A stretch of DNA of 64,000 nucleotides from IMG/VR virus record IMGVR_UViG_3300013108_000188, one strand, 5' to 3'. Below the pieces are notes generated by a model. It made no database searches and had not been told where the DNA came from. It saw only the letters and a list, made by a program, of their open reading frames with translations. Below, piece after piece: positions 53,660 through 61,029 of the stretch; position 1 is the first letter of the stretch; the number at the start of each line of letters is the position of its first letter. The DNA comes from a virus. Both the position numbers and the translations under genes were made by a program.

Positions 53660-56600
53660 TTATCTACCATTACCAGCTTGCCACATCATCGCTCTTCCTG
53701 TACTTGACCAAGTAGCAGTTGCGTGGTGTCCCAAGTTGTTATTACTAGAATATCCCCAAAGTAGTGCTTGTCCATCTTCAGTTCCTACCCAAGGTTGTAG
53801 TCCATAGTAGTTTGTACTTTGGTCAACACCTTGAATACACATTGTTCTTATTCTTGTTCCTGCAGGTACATAAGCGTGGTATGGTTTGTATGTTCCATCT
53901 TCACCATTCCAGTTATCTCCAGCAATTGGATTAGGCATAGATGAATAAACATCCCTACCTTGACAGAAGAATTCCCCATTATCAGTTAACCAATAACTTC
54001 TTCCGTGGTCAGAATAAGTATTGCAAATTGCAACTTCTTTCAAATTGTTAATTTTGTCTACTTGTACAGGTGCAGTATTTGTACCTGTTCCACCATCACC
54101 TGAATTGTAATAACCTCCAGAGTGTCCAGCAGTCCAAGTCTCTCCATTTTTCAATCTAACGAAAGATGTTTTATATCCGTTCCATCTACAAGCCCAAAAG
54201 TCAACTATATCCCCAGCAGGAGAAGCAGTTGCCTGTGTCATAGTACTTCTATCAGTTGTTGAGTTATCAAAGAAGTTACCATAATCGTTTTTACCTGTAC
54301 TCCAAATATATCCGTTTCCATCTAATATTTGGAAACAAGAGTTAGATGAGTGAGAACAAGCTTGCCATACAGCGATACCACCATTATCAGAAGCAGTAAA
54401 TCCTGTCATTAATATTGGTCTGTATTTGTCTGTAGTTGTTGTATCTCCTAATTGACCAATGTTATTTCTTCCCCAAGCATAAATGTTATCTTGCGATGTT
54501 CTAGCATAGAAAGATGTACTATCTCCACCAGAGCAACATATGTCAATTATTTTCTCGTCATTAAACCATTCTCTAGGTATTCTTTTTGGTCCGTAGTTAT
54601 TTTGTGTTCTACCATCACCACACTCTCCATATCCATTATAACCCCAAGTATATACATCGCCTTCGTCTGTTAAAGCGCAAGGAGTATGTGTACTATCTTC
54701 GTTTTGATACTTCATATTAATTTTAATGAAGTGGACATTTTCTAATCCGTCAGGTGACATTGCCATACCTGGCGCACCATCATAACCAGTACCTTGTTGT
54801 CCGTGTGAACCATATCCACCGTGGAAGATTTCACCATTATCAAATAATATCATTGTGAAACTATATCCCATTTCTATTTGGATAGCTCTTGGTGTTCTCA
54901 TTCTGTCATAACGAGACCATTTAGGTCCTGCTCTATGACTATATCCACCTTCGTTTCTACTTTCTGAATTGTAGAAATCTCTCCATCTAAAAGATACTTC
55001 TCTAAAGTATGAAGATGAACGACCTTGTTCCATATTGTGGCTATCTGAACCGTGTCCGATTGACCATACAGCACCATTTTTATCAATGTACATATGACAT
55101 CTATAAATGTTAGCACTTTCGCTTCTTCCATCTTTATAAGGCCAACCTATTGGACCTCTATTCGGGAACCAAACACCAGCACATTGTTCTTGGTTGTTCA
55201 TACCTGCAAAGGATTCCCAAGCATTATGATATGATTGAATATGTGCAGGATAATTCTTACCTGTCTCATTGTTAAATTCGTGGTCAGAATAACCAGTAAG
55301 TCTGTTTGATGTAACCGAAGATTTAGTCATTAAAGGAGACCTTGTTGGTTCCATATAACCGTGTTGAGGTGGTCTACCTTTGTTATCTCTTATACATCTA
55401 TATAATCCAGTACCGTGTCTGTAAAATTTCTCACCAGTTGATATTCTTTTGAAAGGTTTGTAAGACACAACATCATTGTGATTGTATTGTGTATTAACAG
55501 AATATTCACCTCTAAATCTTAAAGATGATTGTATTTTGTCCCAATGTTTATGACCTCTCCAAGACTTCTCAATTGAGAAACCTAAATCGTTGTACATACC
55601 AGTAGTAGCTCTACTAGCAGTTGTTGGTTCTAAACAGAATGGATATATAACCGTTTTTTCTGCTTCAGATTGAGTTGTTTGATAAGGTACATATAACTCA
55701 ACCGTTCTATCACCTTTGTTTTCAAAGTTGTATTGTTTTCCACCCTTCCATTTGCCATTTTCCATTTTTTGTCTGTATTCGTGGTCATCATTGTTTCCAG
55801 TTCCATTGAAAAATGTCTCAATGTAAGTGTGTTCATCAACTTGGTATCCATCTAGGTAGTATTTAACCCATCCGTTTTTACCAAATCCTCTCCATTTAGT
55901 TATGTTTGCAGGAGCATATGTTTTTCCTAAATTAGCAGAAGTATCATATGTTTCAGTTGCAAAACCCATACCAGAGTGAGCAGTACAATAAACATAAAGT
56001 TTAGCAGTACCAGCTCTTACTTTAATTATCGTATGAGCACCTGCTTTTCCAGGTGTTCCATAAGAGGTTACTCCAGTTGTATATGCAGACCCACCGCCGT
56101 GTGTACCATCAGCAGTTGTTGAAAATCCTATAATGTGAGTGTCGTTTAAAGAATCTGATTGGTCAAACTTATAAGTTTTTCCTTCTTCTAATTTAACCGT
56201 ATTAGCAGTTGGCGCTTCACCATCTATAGTAAATTTACTAGAAGCAACAGAAACTTGGAAAGTTCTTTCCGCATTTTCAGTTGGATCAGTAAGTTTTGGC
56301 ATATAAAGTTCAACCAAACCTTCGTTAGAAGTTGGAGATGAACCTAAAGCAGTAGTTGTTCCTGTACCAGTATTATCTATTGCCTGATAAGCACCAGATA
56401 TACCATCAACCGTTGCAGTATTTGTTTCAGCAACTAATTGATAAACAGGTTTTCCATTTATTAAAAGTCTTTTTCTTCCAGCACCATTATTAGCAGTTGT
56501 TGTATCGTCTCTACTATATGTTACCGTAGCGGTTACATTTGAGCCAACTTGTAATGCACCATCAATATAAACATAAGAATATGTTGTTCCTGTTTGTGCG

Positions 56601-57748
56601 TGATGTTCAGTTGAATCACCTGTGTTTATGTAAATTGTTTTTCTTGTTCTTGTAGAAGCACCACCTGAAGTAGTTCCTTCCCAAGCATTTGTAACCTGTA
56701 AGTAAGTATTATTACTAGCGTCTGTTAATACTGAAACTTGCGTATCTTTTCTTTGTGTGCCATCATCGTGTAACCAACCTTGTAAAGCAACTGATTGTGT
56801 TTCATAACCAGGTACATCGTCTTGGTTAAAAGTTAGTTTATGTGATACACCTTGTCCACCTCGTCTTGTATCTTCAGCATTAGCGGCAGTAGCAGTTTTG
56901 TATAAAGGTGAAAAGAAACCACTATCACCAGTTGAAGTTGTTCCTTTTACATAGTAAGGACCATCGTGGTCTTGTCCTAATGATTTACCTGTGTCACCTG
57001 TATTGTGAATACCATCGGCAGTATAAGAAAATCCTAACGGATAGTATTTGTTTGAATTCTTTTGTTGTATGAAGTTATATCTATGTCCTTCTCTAACAAA
57101 CTCATAGTTTCTGTAACCAGCAAATTGTCTTCCTTTAGTAGATGAACCTAATCTATTGTCAATTTTGAAATCTGGAACACCACCAGAAACAGCAACAGCA
57201 ACATCAAAAGTATTGTCTGCTGGTCTGTAGTGGTATCTAAAATAAGTTTGTTCATAACCATTGTAAGTATCCATTTCTGAATAATCGTCTTCTGTCTCTC
57301 GGAACATAGCGTCATATTCATCCATAAGGTGGGATTGATGGCGAACAATCGTACCCATATGTGAATCGATTTGGTTATGGTTCATTTCCATTGAACCTTC
57401 TTCGTTAGAGCCGTAAGTAGAATTGTGAGTGATAGGATTTCCGTCTCTATCAGTTCTTTGTCTTTCAGCTTTTCTTTCGTTTTCAGTCCAATATTGTGTA
57501 TATTTAAATGCGTCAGCACCGTTGTAATCTGAATCTTGCGACCAGTTACCACCAGTTCTTTCTTTTACATTGTAACCTTGAACCTTACTTCCTGGAGCAT
57601 AAGCACTAGAACCATCTGGAAGATATTCACTAGTCAAAATCCACATAGCATTTCTGTGGTAGACTATATCGTCTCTTCTATATAACTGGTTTGTGTCGTA
57701 CTCTCCTTGGAATTGTAGTTTAATTCTTCCGAGATTTATTTTTGCCAT
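53660..57748 (-). CDS. large virion protein: cupredoxin-like modules plus RCC1-like propeller
   Basis: GRIKLQFQGEY N-terminus; YCTAHSGMG; GDVYTWGYNGYGECGDG and IYAWGRNNIGQLGD repeats. Confidence 0.75.
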   Translation of the reverse strand: MAKINLGRIKLQFQGEYDTNQLYRRDDIVYHRNAMWILTSEYLPDGSSAYAPGSKVQGYNVKERTGGNWSQDSDYNGADAFKYTQYWTENERKAERQRTDRDGNPITHNSTYGSNEEGSMEMNHNQIDSHMGTIVRHQSHLMDEYDAMFRETEDDYSEMDTYNGYEQTYFRYHYRPADNTFDVAVAVSGGVPDFKIDNRLGSSTKGRQFAGYRNYEFVREGHRYNFIQQKNSNKYYPLGFSYTADGIHNTGDTGKSLGQDHDGPYYVKGTTSTGDSGFFSPLYKTATAANAEDTRRGGQGVSHKLTFNQDDVPGYETQSVALQGWLHDDGTQRKDTQVSVLTDASNNTYLQVTNAWEGTTSGGASTRTRKTIYINTGDSTEHHAQTGTTYSYVYIDGALQVGSNVTATVTYSRDDTTTANNGAGRKRLLINGKPVYQLVAETNTATVDGISGAYQAIDNTGTGTTTALGSSPTSNEGLVELYMPKLTDPTENAERTFQVSVASSKFTIDGEAPTANTVKLEEGKTYKFDQSDSLNDTHIIGFSTTADGTHGGGSAYTTGVTSYGTPGKAGAHTIIKVRAGTAKLYVYCTAHSGMGFATETYDTSANLGKTYAPANITKWRGFGKNGWVKYYLDGYQVDEHTYIETFFNGTGNNDDHEYRQKMENGKWKGGKQYNFENKGDRTVELYVPYQTTQSEAEKTVIYPFCLEPTTASRATTGMYNDLGFSIEKSWRGHKHWDKIQSSLRFRGEYSVNTQYNHNDVVSYKPFKRISTGEKFYRHGTGLYRCIRDNKGRPPQHGYMEPTRSPLMTKSSVTSNRLTGYSDHEFNNETGKNYPAHIQSYHNAWESFAGMNNQEQCAGVWFPNRGPIGWPYKDGRSESANIYRCHMYIDKNGAVWSIGHGSDSHNMEQGRSSSYFREVSFRWRDFYNSESRNEGGYSHRAGPKWSRYDRMRTPRAIQIEMGYSFTMILFDNGEIFHGGYGSHGQQGTGYDGAPGMAMSPDGLENVHFIKINMKYQNEDSTHTPCALTDEGDVYTWGYNGYGECGDGRTQNNYGPKRIPREWFNDEKIIDICCSGGDSTSFYARTSQDNIYAWGRNNIGQLGDTTTTDKYRPILMTGFTASDNGGIAVWQACSHSSNSCFQILDGNGYIWSTGKNDYGNFFDNSTTDRSTMTQATASPAGDIVDFWACRWNGYKTSFVRLKNGETWTAGHSGGYYNSGDGGTGTNTAPVQVDKINNLKEVAICNTYSDHGRSYWLTDNGEFFCQGRDVYSSMPNPIAGDNWNGEDGTYKPYHAYVPAGTRIRTMCIQGVDQSTNYYGLQPWVGTEDGQALLWGYSSNNNLGHHATATWSSTGRAMMWQAGNGR

Positions 57749-57774
57749 TTTAGTTTCCTATTTCCCTCTTATTA

Positions 57775-57782
57775 TATTTATT
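57775..57782 (-). promoter_or_regulatory. late promoter variant
   Basis: AATAAATA. Confidence 0.55.
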
Positions 57783-60700
57783 ATCCAAGAACAGGTGGTT
57801 GTGCAATTGAGTGGTAGTTTGAGTCATTTTGTCCCATCATATAATCTCCACCGTAACCCCACATTAGGTACCTGTTATCAAATGTTCTAATTTCTCTAAA
57901 GTGGTATCTGTTACCATCTGTAGAGTAATAACCTCTTCCTCTTACATCTTCGATTCTGCCGTGTGCATAGTTCGGCATTCTTTGCATTTGGAAGTAATAG
58001 TCATCTGTTTCTTCTATGTTGTTTGTAGATTGTCTGTTAGTATAGTCAGAAGACCAACCTTGGCATCCAATTCCATAGTTGTTTCTTCCAGTATTAAACA
58101 TAAATCCATCGTAAGTTAATACCCATACATTACACATCCATTGGTTACCATATTCACTATTGCAACCTATGTCTTTAATATTTTCTAAATCAGCAGTTGT
58201 TGTTCCATTAATTTGCCATTTAGGATCAACAGCACTTGATTGGTTGTTGTTATTTCCAATTCCTAATTCATAAGAACCATTGTAACCACAACATTTTATA
58301 GCACCTGTACTATCTTTAGTCCAGAAACTTGCGTATCTTCCATTTCCAGTAAACCACATATTAGCGCAATATGAATTAGTTCCGCTTCCAGGTCCACCAG
58401 ACATTTGAGTAAATGTATTAACATCTGTTGTATTTCCCATCATCGCCCATCCATATTCATTTCTTCCAGACCAATATATTTTACCTTTGTCTGTAAGAAC
58501 AGCAACCCTTTGGTATGATTGTTGAGAATCAACTAATAATTTTTTAATTGTACCAGCGTTTGAAGAACCATTATCAAAGGTTACACCAGTTATTTCAGTT
58601 GGTACTGATAAGTTTGTTGTGTTACCTTGAGCAAGTACTCCATATCCATTATAACCCCAACTATATAATTTTCCAGCAGTATCTAAAGCGAAACAGAAAG
58701 CGTATCCTGCCCCAGCAGTCCAGAAAGCAAGAATCTTATTACCATTAAAGTAAGAAGTCTTGTTAATTTTAGTTGGTCTGTTTAAATTTGTAGTATTGTT
58801 TTGTCCTAATTGACCATAACCATTATAACCCCACGCCCATAGTTCTCCGTCAGTATCTAACGCATAACAAGAGTGTGTATTTGTGTTATTGTCTCCGCCC
58901 CAATTAGTAACCCATATTCTTTTAATTTTTGTATCTTTTAAAGTGTGTGTTGAAGTGTTAGCAGCAAGATAAACTTCCTGATATGTTCCACCACATCTTA
59001 CTGGATAACTTCTATTTGAAGTAGCAGCGTCACCACTTTGTCCGTGACCTCCGTAACCCCAATGGTATATTTCGCCATTATTAAATAATGCCATACCACT
59101 TTCATATCCAGATATTAATTGAAGTGCTTTAGGTGGTTCTCCATCAGGAGTAGTATGAACACCACTACCACCGTTATCTGTACTTCTATACCAATCTGTA
59201 AATGGGAAAGTCATTCCAACTCCCATTAATACAGAACCTTGATTAATTCCGTTTTGTCCATTTGAGTTTGAACCCCAACTTGTAATACCACCACGACCAT
59301 TAATAAAACACGGCCAGTTAACGCAATTAGCTTGTTGGAATTGTCCAGGTAATCTGTAATACTTGTTATCGTCTCCAATTGGACCATTTGTATTACATAG
59401 AGACATACACTCTAATCTGTTTCCTGTAAATCTTGTAGCATAACCTCTAGCTTTTTTACTTGTACTTGCAACATCAAAGGTTACATTTGAAGAAGAATAA
59501 AATATTTGTCCATCAAATCCTAATTGGTCATTAGTAGCGTTATTTTCTCCACCAAATACTGGTGCTTCATTATCGTTATACCATTGTGCGTATTGTCTTC
59601 CTTGTCTATCGTCTTTGGCTAAATTAATGTTTAATGCACCCCAAGTTCCTATTGCAGTAATCTTTAATACAACATCTGGAGCACCACCTCCACCGAAACT
59701 TGAATCAGCAAAAGTTAATTCTTCGTTAACAGCATATCCTAATCCACCCATATCACCACCAAGATTTTTCTTCGTAAGAACAGCTTTGGTTACTTTTCCT
59801 TCCATATCAACTTCAAAATCCCAATAGGAGTTTGAACCACCACCACTTGAAGAAGTATGGGTTACATTATTGTATTTTCCTTTTTTTCTTTTGTAATGAG
59901 CACTTGTTTCAATTGTCCAAGTTTTTGCAGATTGATAACCTTCTACTTCAACATCAAACATTGGAGGATTATATCCACCTGTTCTACCAGCATTTGAGTT
60001 TTCAGCAGCGGCAGTTATGTTTTTAGAATTAACAGACCAGTAAAATCCTTGTTTTCTACTTGGAGAAGCAGCAGATATGTTTGTAATTGTAGCAACAGCT
60101 CCACTATCTTCAACTATCTCATCATCAAATTGCATTTCTTCTGAAATTCTTTCCCAATACTTATTGTCGTCTGTATCAACTTCTTGGTCCCAAGGTAAAA
60201 ACTTACTTGTACCATCGCAAGTATGCTGTCTTATACAAATATAAGTAGCTCTTGCAGATTGAATATGCTCTTGGTCCATAACCGTTTCAGAAAAGTCGTT
60301 ATCTAAAGGAACAACTATTCTTACTATGTCATTTGTGTAATAAGTTTGATATGAACCACTATCGTTTGTGTTATCGTGTTCACCTCTCCATTTAAATGAT
60401 TGTCTAATCGGTTTCCAAATTGAATGGTCAGCAACAACTATTTTAGGACCCCAATTGGCACTTGGATTATCATAGTTAAACATATAAATTTCTTTAGGTG
60501 TTTCACTTGTAAAATCTATTCTAATTTCTCTTTTAGTAGCATTGTTAAAAGCTGATGAATTAAAATATTCATTAGTTGCCGTACCAGCACCAACAGCTTT
60601 ACCATTTAAGAAATAGGTAACATCTTTGTGGTATAAATTTGTATTTTTGTTTGTAGATGAATCTGAAAAAGCAATTTTGTTATCATCAAAATCGTTTCCA

Positions 60701-60999
60701 TCTTGGTGTAAAACTAAAGTATCACCAATTTTATATTGTACTTCTGATTGAGGCCAAGCAGCTTCACCATCCCATTTATATGCGTTAGAACCTGTACTAG
60801 CTGAAACAGCTTTAGTAATTCTGACATATCTTCTTTGATTGTCTACTGGAGCAGTTCCCGTTGTAGCAGAATTCTTTGTACAAATCCAATCTGTGTTGTT
60901 GTACATAACAACATCGTCTTTATAATATGTTTTTGTACTTGAATATTCTCCTTGATAATTGAAGAACAGATTTCCAATTCTAGTTTTTGTTGTTGCCAT
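57781..60999 (-). CDS. large virion protein with RCC1-like propeller
   Basis: IGNLFFNYQGEY N-terminus; GELWAWGYNGYGQLGQ and GKLYSWGYNGYGVLAQG repeats. Confidence 0.75.
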   Translation of the reverse strand: MATTKTRIGNLFFNYQGEYSSTKTYYKDDVVMYNNTDWICTKNSATTGTAPVDNQRRYVRITKAVSASTGSNAYKWDGEAAWPQSEVQYKIGDTLVLHQDGNDFDDNKIAFSDSSTNKNTNLYHKDVTYFLNGKAVGAGTATNEYFNSSAFNNATKREIRIDFTSETPKEIYMFNYDNPSANWGPKIVVADHSIWKPIRQSFKWRGEHDNTNDSGSYQTYYTNDIVRIVVPLDNDFSETVMDQEHIQSARATYICIRQHTCDGTSKFLPWDQEVDTDDNKYWERISEEMQFDDEIVEDSGAVATITNISAASPSRKQGFYWSVNSKNITAAAENSNAGRTGGYNPPMFDVEVEGYQSAKTWTIETSAHYKRKKGKYNNVTHTSSSGGGSNSYWDFEVDMEGKVTKAVLTKKNLGGDMGGLGYAVNEELTFADSSFGGGGAPDVVLKITAIGTWGALNINLAKDDRQGRQYAQWYNDNEAPVFGGENNATNDQLGFDGQIFYSSSNVTFDVASTSKKARGYATRFTGNRLECMSLCNTNGPIGDDNKYYRLPGQFQQANCVNWPCFINGRGGITSWGSNSNGQNGINQGSVLMGVGMTFPFTDWYRSTDNGGSGVHTTPDGEPPKALQLISGYESGMALFNNGEIYHWGYGGHGQSGDAATSNRSYPVRCGGTYQEVYLAANTSTHTLKDTKIKRIWVTNWGGDNNTNTHSCYALDTDGELWAWGYNGYGQLGQNNTTNLNRPTKINKTSYFNGNKILAFWTAGAGYAFCFALDTAGKLYSWGYNGYGVLAQGNTTNLSVPTEITGVTFDNGSSNAGTIKKLLVDSQQSYQRVAVLTDKGKIYWSGRNEYGWAMMGNTTDVNTFTQMSGGPGSGTNSYCANMWFTGNGRYASFWTKDSTGAIKCCGYNGSYELGIGNNNNQSSAVDPKWQINGTTTADLENIKDIGCNSEYGNQWMCNVWVLTYDGFMFNTGRNNYGIGCQGWSSDYTNRQSTNNIEETDDYYFQMQRMPNYAHGRIEDVRGRGYYSTDGNRYHFREIRTFDNRYLMWGYGGDYMMGQNDSNYHSIAQPPVLG

Positions 61000-61021
61000 T
61001 GTTTATCTTCCTAATTTACTA

Positions 61022-61029
61022 TATTTATA
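61022..61029 (-). promoter_or_regulatory. T4-type late promoter
   Basis: TATAAATA. Confidence 0.75.
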
